Shown here in pieces: positions 41,493 to 54,227 of a DNA stretch of 64,000 nt (positions within the stretch are counted from its first letter, which is position 1; each line of letters begins with the position of its first letter). This stretch comes from Flaccisagitta enflata (taxonomy: Eukaryota): NCBI GenBank assembly GCA_965153355.1, contig OZ231126.1, positions 44,454,001-44,518,000 on the forward strand, in the 5' to 3' direction. The translations under genes and the position numbers were made by a program. A model generated the notes under the pieces. It searched no databases, was not told where the DNA came from, and saw only the letters and a program-made list of their open reading frames with translations.

Positions 41493-41679
41493 TTAGTCGC
41501 GTGCTACGCGACTCTACACCCCGTTTTGTCCGTCGGTTGGTCGGTCGGTCACACTTTACTTTTTTTTATGTTTTTTTTTATTCTTTGACTGTACTGCTCC
41601 TGCCCAAGTGCTCTGGTGACCTTAAATATGGCCCCTGCCCACCCGCACGCGACTGGGGTAGCCGTGTATCCGGCCTTGT
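41493..41679 (+). mobile_element. Helentron/DINE-1-like element, family A
   Basis: TTAGTCGCGTGCTACGCGACTCTAC...CACGCGACTGGGGTAGCCGTGTATCCGGCCTTGT. Confidence 0.75.
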
Positions 41680-42002
41680 ATTTCGGTGATCCAAACGAAC
41701 TTAAGTTAAAGTACCGAGTTTTGGAGAGAACTTTTTTCTTCTTCAACTTTTGAGTTTTCATCTGAATTTCTTACGTAATTTGAATTTCCTTCATGAATTC
41801 ATGAATTGGTTTGGCAGCGGCAGACAGAGAAGGAAAGAACGGAAGAGCAGAAAATGACTTCAAAACAAAAGCGCGAAAAGAGGGAAAAGGAAACAAAGAC
41901 TCAAAGATTTTCTCTTCAAAGCAAAGTCTGTTCTTTTTTTCTAAGTAAATTTCCATTTCCTTTTTTCTTTTTTCCTTCCCTTTCTTTCTTTCTTTATTTC
42001 TC

Positions 42003-42042
<40 letters not shown>

Positions 42043-42113
42043 TTTTTCATTTGCTTTCCATGTTCGCCGCGAAAGTCTCATCAACGTAAATGAGTTCCAT
42101 CAAAGTCTTATCT

Positions 42114-42266
<153 letters not shown>

Positions 42267-42347
42267 GTACTTTCTTTAACTCTCAATGTCGGCCTCTGGG
42301 CTCCAATTCTGCGTTACTACGTTGACCCTTCATCTTGCTTCGTGGAG

Positions 42348-42393
<46 letters not shown>

Positions 42394-43180
42394 AGGAGGG
42401 GGGAGGATAGAGGGAAGAAAGTAGGGTTCTGTAGCCACAGGGTGCGACTGTTGGATGCCGGGTACACGCCCTGAAAAGAAGCACTCGAACTAGAAGGAAA
42501 GGACGGATTTAGAATGAAATAAGCAGAAGAAAAAAAAAAGAGGCAAACAGAATTGAAAAAAAGAAAATAAGTAGAAGAAAGAAAATCAAAAAAAGAAAGC
42601 AAGAAAAAACCCTGGGGATCAAATCTCGGGAGACAGGTTAAAAACTGGAGACTAAAAGAAATTCCTTGGATCTCGTTCAAAAGTGGAAAAACGAGGCGAG
42701 AATTAAGTGGCAAAATAAAGAAAAACTAAAAAAAAAAAAAAAAAAGAGGGAAGGGGGGGGGGGACAAGGGTATACAGGGATGGTTCGTTACATGGCTCAG
42801 CAAAATTGGAATTTAGGTGGATATGTATATAGGATAATTTGCAATTTTGAAGTAACGCGAAAATCATGTTATGATTGTTAGGGGAACAGCTAGTGAATAG
42901 TGATTCACTGGTGAGGAAGAAAAAGATGGGTCTAGGTCAGATTCAGAAAGTTGGGTACTCAGGTATAGGACAAAGAACCCGTTCAATTAGGCCGTTCTAC
43001 ATACTGTACATATTTTACAAGTCACTCTCCGGCATTCTCTTTATGATTGTCATATTCGTAACTTTGGTTATATTACAGTTGAGTCACTTGTATCATTCTT
43101 TCGTGATTTTGTATAAATATTAAAGACGGGTGGGCAAGGAGCATGGAGCTATCGTGAAAATGGCAAAAGTTGTAAAAAAG

Positions 43181-43239
<59 letters not shown>

Positions 43240-43975
43240 CGACCTCGTTTCGGCAATTTCTGGGACCCCCTTTCCCCTTTCCTTCCAAAAAAACAGCGCG
43301 GCTCCAGACGTAGTAATCATTAACCAACACCGTCGTCCACGTCATTGCCGACGTCATGGACGTCGTCTTTATCGACGTCATCGTCGTCATCATCGTCGTT
43401 ATCGTTATCGTTGTCATCGTCGTCGTGGTATCGATGATTAAGAATTGGATTTTTTTTGAAAATGGAAGCTGGAAACAAAAACGGAATCAAATCTACATCA
43501 AAGTTGACTTGCCAAGTCAGGAAGCACGTTCTTTTTTCTTTACTCCAATGTGGGGCGCCTTATTCCCCTCAAGAAGGAACAAGGAAGTATTTTGTTTGAT
43601 AACAGTCTGAATATGAAGGAGAATTGTTTAATTGATTTATATAATTTTGCAACTTTGGAATACGATAACATTTTTACGAAAGAGTCCCAGTATCTTTGTG
43701 CAGCCGTAACTAGTGTTCAATCAAAATTTCATCTAGTACTAAATCTTTTTTCGATACCTTTGTTCAAGAAAGCACTCGTCTGAGGCGCGGAGTCACTCTA
43801 TGCCGGTTTAGTATCAGGGTACAACCGGCGGCGCCACCTTCCGGTTTTCCTAGGTCCAATATTCAATTCAAAACATTTTGTATTTATAAATAGGAAAAAA
43901 GCTATCACCTTAACTAGAGATGAAAAATGAAAAAAAGCAATTTATTTAATTTCTTTTCACTTTTTACTTGGTAGA

Positions 43976-44640
43976 AAAACAAGGCCGGATACACGGCTAC
44001 TCTAGTCGCGTGCGGGTGGGCAGGAGCAGTGCTAGAGAAGGTCACTAGGGCATCTGGACAGAAGCCGTATGCTCAAAAAGCTCAAAAACACCGAAAAAGC
44101 AATAGTCGCAAAAGCGCTAGATGGTCAGCGGTGACCTATGCTTTCACACAGGGGGATTTTCTCATTCTCTTTCTCCTCCTCCTCCTACTCCTCCTCCGTC
44201 CCCCCTCCCCCAACCTCCAGGCCCATATCTCAGCCTCGAGGCCCATATCCCAGCCTTGAGGCCCAAATCCCAGTCTTGAGGCCCAAATCCCTCGAGGCTG
44301 AGATTGGGGCCTCAAAGATGGGATTTTGGCCTAAAGATAGGATTTGGGAGCCTTGAGGTTAGGATTTGGGCCTCAAGACTGGGATTTGGGCCTCATGGCT
44401 GGGATATGGGTCTCGAGGCTGAGATATGGGCCTGGAGGTGGGGGGGGGGGTACAAAGGAGGAGGCGAAGGACGAAGAGAAAATCCCCCTGTGTGAAAGCA
44501 TAGGTCATTGACTCCTTTGGATCCGCTGCCCAAAAAGGGGACCGACGGACCAACCAACCAACGGACTGACCAACCGACCGACCCACCAACTGACAGACCG
44601 ACATAGCGGGGTGTAGAGTCGCGTAGCACGTGACTAAAAA
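43976..44640 (-). mobile_element. Family A element carrying a nested family C element
   Basis: Halves (43976-44099 and about 44533-44640) match 39412-39612; the insert has 21-bp tandem units in inverted arrays. Confidence 0.7.
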
Positions 44641-44865
44641 GATCTAGATTACAGCCCCTAGGATTCAGATCTTTGCCTTGAAAACCCAGAACCTGACCTC
44701 AAAGACACAGATCCTAGCCACTCGAACATCATTAAATTCTTGCATAAGTTATCAGCGTCCAAGCCCAGATCTTGGTTTCCCAGACCTGCATCCTACTCTC
44801 CTTAGCCTTTATTAAGTTTATACGTAGATCTTGATAATTTCCAACAAAATGATTTCCAAGAAACC

Positions 44866-44915
<50 letters not shown>

Positions 44916-46339
44916 CAAGTCACGTCTCTGGGCTTTCAGTCTTGTGAGTTGTGTGTTTCCGGATGGCTAACTCTCATTTTCATACTTTAAACCAAGTCGC
45001 ATGTAAGAATGGTGATCGAGGTGAGGTGAAGTGGTCTCTGTCTCTTGCCTTGACGGAATTTCGGTCTGTTGGTAGGTCGGTAACCCGAAATTTTGGATGA
45101 AACGAAATCGAAATCGAAATGATGATCTGCGAGCAATAGAGCCACCGCCCGCCAACCTGCAAGCCACAACTTATTGTTCCTGTGTCCGGCCTTCTTTGTT
45201 TTTGCTTTTACTCGCATTTAGAAAAGAAAACAAAAAGAAAATGCGCGTGTAAAAACGCGTGCTATAAATAAGTTTTTGCAGAAGAAGTCTGCTTCGTTCA
45301 TCTAAACCTATGCCGCCATTGAGGAGACGTTTTTCTATTAATCCATGATTGAATATGAGTACATCTTAGTAATGGTATTATGAAAATATCTTTAAAATCA
45401 CAAGAAAATGGCGAAAAAGCTAAGTGGAATCTTGGAAAATGATTTTTTATATCGAAATCATAATAGCATATTCAATAATGTCAAAAAAAAGATAAAACGT
45501 ACATTTTTTTGTTTTGAAACCATAATAATATTTGTTCGCTATGCCTATACAGTTTGGATTTTTGGGAATTAGACACAGTAATCCAATACATAAATGTCTA
45601 TTGATTCATTGGGGTAAATTTGAGCTTTTTTGCATTTTAAAAAAATATTACTATAAAAGGTCAATTTGTTAAAGCTTCAGTTTTGCCACCTTCCTTCATG
45701 GGGAAATCGCAGAAAATGAATGTGCATGTTCACATGATATATCTCTTGAACATACCAAGCGCTCAGCCCACTCCGAGCCGTCGCATAGCGTCGCAAACCC
45801 ATGAAGTATGATGCTGTCATTGTCATTGTTTACATTTTTCAAAATGGCCTAACTTTTGAACGCCTTGACCAATTTGCTTCATATTTGGAGGGAAGTTGTA
45901 CCAAAGTAGGCTGCTTTGCATCCTATGCATGTGTTATAATCTGACCACCACAGCCGGCCCAACCAGCCTACTAGCCTAAAAGTGAAAAACGTGCAAAAGT
46001 TTGGCATTTTTCTACCGTTTTAGCCAAAACTTGGTATTGAGTCTCGAAATGGAAGGACCCAATTTATGAATGTGATTCATTAAGATTTCAGCATGCTCAC
46101 TGGCCAAACCAGCCTACCACCCAAGCGGCCTACCGGCCTAAAAGTGAAAAGCATGCATAACTTTGGCACTTTTCAATCAAATCAGGAGAAACTCAGTACA
46201 GACACTCAAAATGGAAGGAGTTGATGAATGTATGCGATTTATTAAAATTTGAGTACACCAACTGGCCAAACCGGCATACCACCCAACCAGCCTAACAGCT
46301 CAAAGTGAAAGAAGTGTCTAACATGGGCATATTTCAACC

Positions 46340-47130
46340 AATTTGGTATGTCATGGTGTACAGGAACAGGAGATTTTAGATTCATTCTACTTTTTACTTG
46401 TGATATAGTGTTGTCCAACTTTCATATATTTCAGTGCCATGGTATAGAATGCCGGCGATCCCATATGGTTGATTCTCGATTCTTGCCTCTAATGGTATGG
46501 GTTTTAACAACATTGCCTTTTGATATCTAGATTATCCTTGGATAGCTACATCATCATTTGGTTATTTGTTCACTATAAATAATGGGGATGTGCTGACTAC
46601 TTTGCATCTTTTTATTTTGGGTTGACATGGAATGTTTGAGGGAATGGTCTCAATCAGTGGAAAGGATTTTGATTTTAGGTTGTGGGTTGCATGAACCTTT
46701 TACAATGGGAAGATCAGATGGATGTGTGGTCCAAAACAGCACAATCGTCTGGTACTCTTTCTTGTCACTGGTACTTGTAGCAAACAGGTTAGAATTATTG
46801 ATTTTTTCCTGGTTGGTTCCTGGTTGGATTTTTGTCTTGAATTTTTTCATGATTATGTTGAGATAGACTTGGTTATTTTGAATACTGTGGATAGTTGTGA
46901 TGGGTCCGGATTAAACACCAGTGAGAGCTCCAAAGGCTCTCATCCTTAAGTAAAGTAGGGTTGAGTGGTAGTTGTGTCCAACTTTCATAGATTTATCATC
47001 ATAAGATGATATCAGGATTTCAGTTAAGTATTTTTGATAGAATCTATAAGGTTGTTTTAAAAATGTGTTTAAACCCAGAATACTGACTTTTGTTTCATGA
47101 CAATCAAAAAAAAATTCTATGTTTGAATTC
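46340..47130 (-). mobile_element. Possible highly degenerate LINE (L1/Tx1-like) ORF2 remnant
   Basis: A/C-rich minus strand, fragments such as IYESWTQLP...ESLW interrupted by stops; no diagnostic RT motif seen. Confidence 0.25.
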
Positions 47131-49188
47131 CTTAGAAAAATAGTTAACAAAATAAAGAAGTAAAAAACAATTCTCGAGATGGTTCGGAAGTGACATTGAA
47201 AAAGACATGAATTTTATTCCTCGCCACGACAGATAAGTCTACAATGAACAAGGTCATTAGACCTAAGTCGCGTGCATCGACACTTTCAAAAAAAGTCAGG
47301 CAGACAGACAGACAAACAATTTTTTTTTTCAAAAAGACATTTAAAATGGCTGTTAACTGCACAAAGTTCCTCCTCTACCCATCTGAAATAATGAACCTCA
47401 CTCTTTTAATTGCTTTATTTACCTTTGATTAATTTCTTTTCTTGCTTTGGCTGATCAAAATACTTGTCTGAATGGGTTATCCAATAAGGATTCCAGCAGA
47501 GCATTTTTTTCTCTTTTCAGCCTAAGGAGTGACAGACTTTTCTAATTTTCAATCAAGAAAAAAATGATCTTGAAAAAAAAATCAAATCTGGCTAACATTA
47601 AGACAATATAAGCTTCACCTAAGCAACGAGTGTTCTGAGAATTCTCCTATGATTTAGACATAACAAACACTTTAAAAAGCCTTTGAAACAGTTTTGTGAT
47701 GGACCGACCAACGGACCGACGGACTGACAGAAAAGTGGCTTATAGAGTTGCGTAGCACGCGACCAAAAAAGGCCATGTGTTTAAAAATGCAAATTTTTGT
47801 ACTTCTATGCAATGATATAATTTCACCTAATAAGAGTGAGATGACAAAGTATAATTTTAGATGAAAATCTTCTTTTTAGTCGCGTGTACGCGACTCTACA
47901 ACCTGCTTTGTTGGTCCGTCCATCCGTCGGTCCATCCATCGGTCTGTCCGTCCATCCATCCGTCCGTCCGTCCATCACACTTTACTTTTTTTGGGTTTTT
48001 GGGCTGCGGCCCCGAAGGGGACGAAGTCCTGTAGAACACAGGGGGAATCTGTCCGTCCGTCCGTACATCCGTACGTCCGTCCGTCCGTCCCCCCTGCCCC
48101 ATCCTCAGGGCTTCGTCTCCTTTGGGGCCCAAATCCAAACTGGCCCAAATCCAAACAAAATGGCCCAAATCCAAACAAAATGGCCCAAATCCAGGCAAAA
48201 TCGGCCAAATCCAGGCAAAATGAGCCTAATCCAGGCAAAATGGCCCAAATCTGGCTAGAAAACCTGAATTCTGGCCTGAGTTCTATTTTTTGGGCCCCTT
48301 AAACATAGATTCTGGCTTCTAAAACCCACACTCTAACCTTAGAGAGCCAGAATCCGACCTCTGGGACCCAGATTCTGACCTCAAAGACCTAGGTTCTGGC
48401 CCCAAAGACCTAAATCCTAGCCTCAGAGACCCAAATCCTGAGCTCAGAAACTCAAATCCTGGCCTCTAAGACCAAGAAGTTGGTCTCTGAGACTCAGATT
48501 CTGGCCTCAGAGACCCGTCTCCTGGCCTGCTTCTCCCTCAATTTAACCTACAAACTATTCAAGAATGGCAAGGGTACCATTGTCCATATACTGCCTTTTG
48601 TCATTTCTCCATGGTATTCAATGAAAATCTGAATAACAGGGCATCCTGGACAGAAGGAAGGCAGACAGAAGGACAGGCGGACGGACAGACGGATGGACAG
48701 ACGGACAGACGGACAGACGGACAGACGGACGGACGGACAGATTCCCCCTGTGTTCTACAGGACTTCGTCCCCTTCGGGGCCGCTGCCCTGCTCCCTCTCA
48801 ACTTTCTACTTTCAACTTTACACTTTCTACTCAAGCAGGGCACGGGTACCGCTGACCACTTACTGCCTTTGGGCTGCTATTGTGGTCTGTTGCCTCACTG
48901 CTCCTGCCCAAATGATGAAGTGACCTCAAATACAGCCCCTGCCCACCCGCATGCGACTAGGGTCCGGCTTTATTTCTAACTTTTTTCAATACAATATGTA
49001 CAACAAATCTGTATATCAGAGGTTATCTATGCAAAAATCTATTATTTAACATTTAAAAAATGTTTTTTCAACAAAAAAAATTAAAAATGATAATATAGAA
49101 AATATCTAGAGAATTGAAATGAAGCATGAAATTTCTTCATCCCATACACTGCATCCTATGGAGATACAAAATAGAATAACTCAACCTA

Positions 49189-49954
49189 CAGTATGATTTT
49201 TCACGTTTGAAATATTCTATGACAACATAATTCAAAAAGTAATAAAGATATTTGAATTCTGAAAAAAGTTCCTGAAAGCTAATGGTGATGCATTTTATGA
49301 TATGTAATTCCCAGGAGTTTTTTACAAAAATCTATACCTTTTGACAAATGAAGAAATGTGGATCAAAATAAGAAAAAACAATATGATTTTAAGTCATTGG
49401 CTGAACAGTTCTTCTTTAAGTTGCTCTTATTTCTAAACAAATGAAGCTACTGATACCAGATTGGTCTCAAATTAAAGCTAATTTGTAGCAGTTTTTAGAA
49501 ATGCAAAAAGGGAAATTTTTTTTACTAGTATTTCACATTGGGCATGAAGAAATTGCCTCTCTTGATGAAAATTAAGATCAAAAGTTGATTCACAGCTCAC
49601 AAATCAATTCAAAACATCAATTGAACATTTAATCTCAAGCTTTCCCAAAAACTACTTTGAAATAGCTTTCATTTGAGACCAATCTGGTAGCTGTAGCTCA
49701 ATTTGCTTACAAATGAGAGCAATCTAAAGGGAAACAGTCAAAATGAGAACTTTTTGAAAAGAGACAATTTGAATATGATGACATCTTGTTCCATCTAAAT
49801 CCGAGGACCAAATTATTGTGAAAAAATCCTGGGAGTTATACATCATAAAATGCATTAACATTATCTTTCAGGGATTTTTTTTAAAATTCAATTATCTCTA
49901 TTACTTTTTGATCCATGTCCTCATGGAATATTTCAAACGTGAAAAATCATACTG
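49189..49954. mobile_element. Large imperfect palindromic (foldback) element
   Basis: CAGTATGATTTTTCACGTTTGAAATATTC / GAATATTTCAAACGTGAAAAATCATACTG plus at least two further nested inverted blocks. Confidence 0.75.
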
Positions 49955-50520
49955 CAAAGATTTCAAAAAAATAACTGGCCAAACCAGCCGGCCACCCGCT
50001 AGATAGCAACATTTCACATACATTTTGGTTTTATGATGTTTAGAGCATGACTACTAACCAAACCAGCCTACCACCCAATTTGCAGAGGAACGGAATATCT
50101 GCAGGTGTAACGTTTATAGTCATTGGATCAAGCGTTGTGCCTTTTATTTATATCAAATAGGTTAAATTAGTGATACTAAGAAATGAAAAAAAAATATCAA
50201 GATTCATGAGAGACTCGCCTGTAGTATAGCTATGGAGTTGCAATAATTTTTTTTCATACTAAAATTGTTTTGAACAAATACATTCATTACTTAATGCGAT
50301 AAAGCAAAAAAAATCACCAAAAAAATATCTATTTCATCAAACCATTTGCAGTTGATAAATCAAAATACCAAGTTTTTTTTTCTAGGGAATATCATACAGC
50401 ATGAAGTGACAATGATTCAAGCAGAATTTGAAAAACTTCTATATTTTCTTGATATCATTAAAGATACATAAAATATTGAAACCTTGATATAGCAAACTTC
50501 TTGTGCCCCTGATCTCTCTC

Positions 50521-50553
<33 letters not shown>

Positions 50554-50565
50554 TTCTCTTTCTCT

Positions 50566-50626
<61 letters not shown>

Positions 50627-51079
50627 GCTCTCTCACTCTCTCACTCTCGCTCTCTCACACACTTGCTCTCTCACACTCGCTCTCTCACACACTCGCTCTC
50701 TCACACACACTCGCCCTCTCACACACTCTCTCTCACACTGTCTCTGTCTGTCTGTCTCTGTCTGTCTGTCTCTCTCTCTTTCTCTTTCTCTTTCTCTTTC
50801 TCTCTCTCTCTCTCTCTCCTACTCTTTCATTCCATGTATCCATAGAAAAGATGGGCGGCAAAATATTCACTGGAGGCTCTTGTGTTCTGAAAAGACAAAA
50901 GTGGCTTCGAAATTGCTAAAAATATGCCATTTTTAGCTTGACTGCAGTATTTTCGACGGGGAATCCAAAAATCATGGTCTCGAAAGGCTCCGGAAACCAT
51001 TTCAATATCTTATGCTAATACTTACTATAAAAAGAAGATGAAGAAGAAAAGAAAAGAAAGTTGGAAAAAAAGAAGGAAA

Positions 51080-51124
<45 letters not shown>

Positions 51125-51188
51125 AAAGAAAGAAGTGTATATTCTTAACGACCATATGCCAATGCGCGTGCGTACAAAACGTAAGAAA

Positions 51189-51335
51189 AAACAAGGCCGG
51201 ATACACGGCAATCCAGTCGCGGACAGTTGGGCAGGAGCAGTGATGCAAAAACCGCTCATAATTCAAAAATGTTACGGAGGGACGGACGGACCGACCGACA
51301 CGGTAAGGTGTAGAGTCGCGTGTCCGCGACTAAAA
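51189..51335 (-). mobile_element. Helentron/DINE-1-like element, family A
   Basis: Same termini as 20356-20523; another copy at about 54565-54737. Confidence 0.72.
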
Positions 51336-51756
51336 ACACTAATAGCTTTCTGCCAAAACTCCTGACGATGGCCAGAGGAAAAGAAAAGGTGGTTATTAGT
51401 ATGGTTTTTCGATGGGTGGGGATGGGGCTTGCCAATATGAAATCCAACTCAGCTTTTCTGTTTGAAAAAAATCCAAAAACAAGAACAAAAAAAAAAAAGA
51501 AAAAAAAAATTGAAATCAAAACATGTGATAATTTCTTTTTTTAAATTTTCGTCAAATTTGAGGCTTGAATTTTCTTGGAATGGTCCTTTGTGGACATGGT
51601 TGTCTCATGTATCAATTAACAACAATGCCGTAGACAGATTTACAGGGGAATGGAACCATGACAAGGTTCATTCATTCAGGAGAACAGGATAAGAAGATGT
51701 AGGTGAATTGGTGATGGGGAGGTGATCTAGGTTGATAGGTACATATTGCTTGAGGT

Positions 51757-51763
<7 letters not shown>

Positions 51764-51842
<79 letters not shown>

Positions 51843-52116
51843 AATCGGGGGAGTCTACCTGGGCGAGATGAGCATGAATGCGACATGGGACCAGGCCATT
51901 GGACCTTTTTTGTGTAAGACTCCTGTCAATGTCTTGTCAGATGTTGTTTGCTTCAACCATAAGGGGAGCTTTACTTCAATCATAAATACACGCTACGCTT
52001 GCAATGCTACGTCTGAGCGGGGAACGCAGACGAGGATCGAGCCCGCGACTTTCGAAACTAGAGGCAAGAGCCGTAACCACTCGGCCACCACGGGCCCCAT
52101 GGTGGCGGTGGGACCT
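51764..52116 (-). mobile_element. tRNA-derived SINE with (AAC)n tail
   Basis: Minus strand: A box TGGCCGAGTGG, B box-like GGCTCGATCC, unique body, long (AAC)n tail; exact 10-bp TSD GGTGCATTGT (51754-51763 and 52117-52126). Confidence 0.85.
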
Positions 52117-52327
52117 GGTGCATTGTCTGAAGGGGACCTATTTTGGCAAGGAACGAAAAGTGATGAAAGCAAAAGAAAGGAAAAAAAGGAAAAAAAAAGG
52201 GAACGATGAAAAAAGGCTTAAACAACGCAGGCAGACGCAGGTCCCCATCCATAAAGTAAAACACGACGCTCTAATTGTGGAGGTTGTCGGTTAACAAAAC
52301 TATTTCCCGGCCGAACCCATTGCCGAA

Positions 52328-52403
<76 letters not shown>

Positions 52404-53894
52404 AGCAAAACACGATTTTCGGCAGTTCAAAGCTCCAGACAAATTTTCTTCTTTTTTTTTTGTTTCGTTTTTTTCTTTTCAAAGGTTTTTCTTTTTTCCT
52501 CTGCTGTTGGCGGCGTAGGCAATGAAGTTTTCCCCTTTTCTTTCCTTTTAATTCTGTTTCTTTTCATTATTCTGATTTGTACGTTTTTTCCCTTTTTCTT
52601 ACGTCTTGAATCATGATGATGCCAATATCAAGACACACAACCGAGGAGGCGTTGATTGCTGTTGCAAACGGGCGACAACAACGTTTAGAGCAGGACTTCG
52701 CCATGAACTTAAATCAACATTTAAAGAGTGATCACTGATCAGACTCTGTCTCTACCACTCAGCGAGCCATACAAGCGATGCTACGTCTGGGCGGTGCACA
52801 TAGGGCAGAGAGTATTTTTTTAAAGCATATGGGGACATCCTTTTTTTCAATTTTTTTTTAAAATTCCATTGTGCATTATAACCTGTCGGAGGTAGAGGAA
52901 CATGATTTGTCTGTATTACCCCATTCCATGTACAGCTTATTGGAAGCCAAAGATAAATTTTGTCTTATATTTCAATAGAGAGAGAAAAAAAATCCATTCC
53001 TACCTATTTCCGCCAAAAACTTAATACCTATTTGTAGATCTCCTTATAGCAAATCCAAATACGTAATCTTTTCCTGCTACTTTTTTGCACTTTAAGAGAA
53101 AAAGCTCATGGAAAAGTTGTTGCATAGCAGCTCTTTCTTAATTATTGGTGCCCGACTAAGGGAAGACGCCACAAAATATAGATCTTAGTGATAAGCTGAC
53201 ACATTCAGACTGACCAATAAGAAGCAAGGAACAAACATCCAAAGATGAAGCTCAGTTCAAGATGATGTTACAGTTTGGTCACTCTCTTGCTTTTGGTGTC
53301 TGTCATCGATTTTGTCATCGATTTTTACATTCTAATCCTTGAGCTTTTGTTAAATAATTAAAGAAGTAATGAGGTCAATTTTCTTCAACAAAAACTATTG
53401 AGAACAAAATCTTGGTCAGAATCCACAGTGCGGTGGGTTAAACGGTCGAAAGATTCATTGGTTAGTTGTACCTCGGTTGATCGCACTTTTAATTCAGGTG
53501 TTTTTCACCCTCGCCCATCCGGCCATCCTCAGGCGACTATTAGAACTAATAATTCTCCACTCTTCATTCAGTCGTTACGACTCGTCACCCCAGATCCTCC
53601 CCCTAATCTCACATTTTCGTTTTCTCACATCACAAACAGTATGAAGTCCTCACATCCACGCTTCCATATCACCACACCTTCAAACAACCTAACACACCCC
53701 CACCTTTAAATCCTCCACGTTCCCCACTCTTTTTTTTTTGCACCGCTCATTACCGGATTGACTCCGCCCCGTAAAAAGCTGTTTTGCCTTCTCTTTTAAA
53801 TTCCTCATCTTTTCTTTTTTCTTCCTTCTTTTTTTTTTTCCAACACTAAGGCCAAAGTTCATTTTGGCTGATTAAAACTTTCGTTTCTTTATTT

Positions 53895-54227
<333 letters not shown>

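Noticed and set aside
43280-43440. TCG/TCA-rich stretch resembling an exon
   Set aside because: Low-complexity trinucleotide-derived sequence with short frames and no recognisable product.
52020-52100. Possible tRNA gene on the minus strand
   Set aside because: Degenerate B box, no clean cloverleaf, and it is the head of a TSD-flanked SINE.
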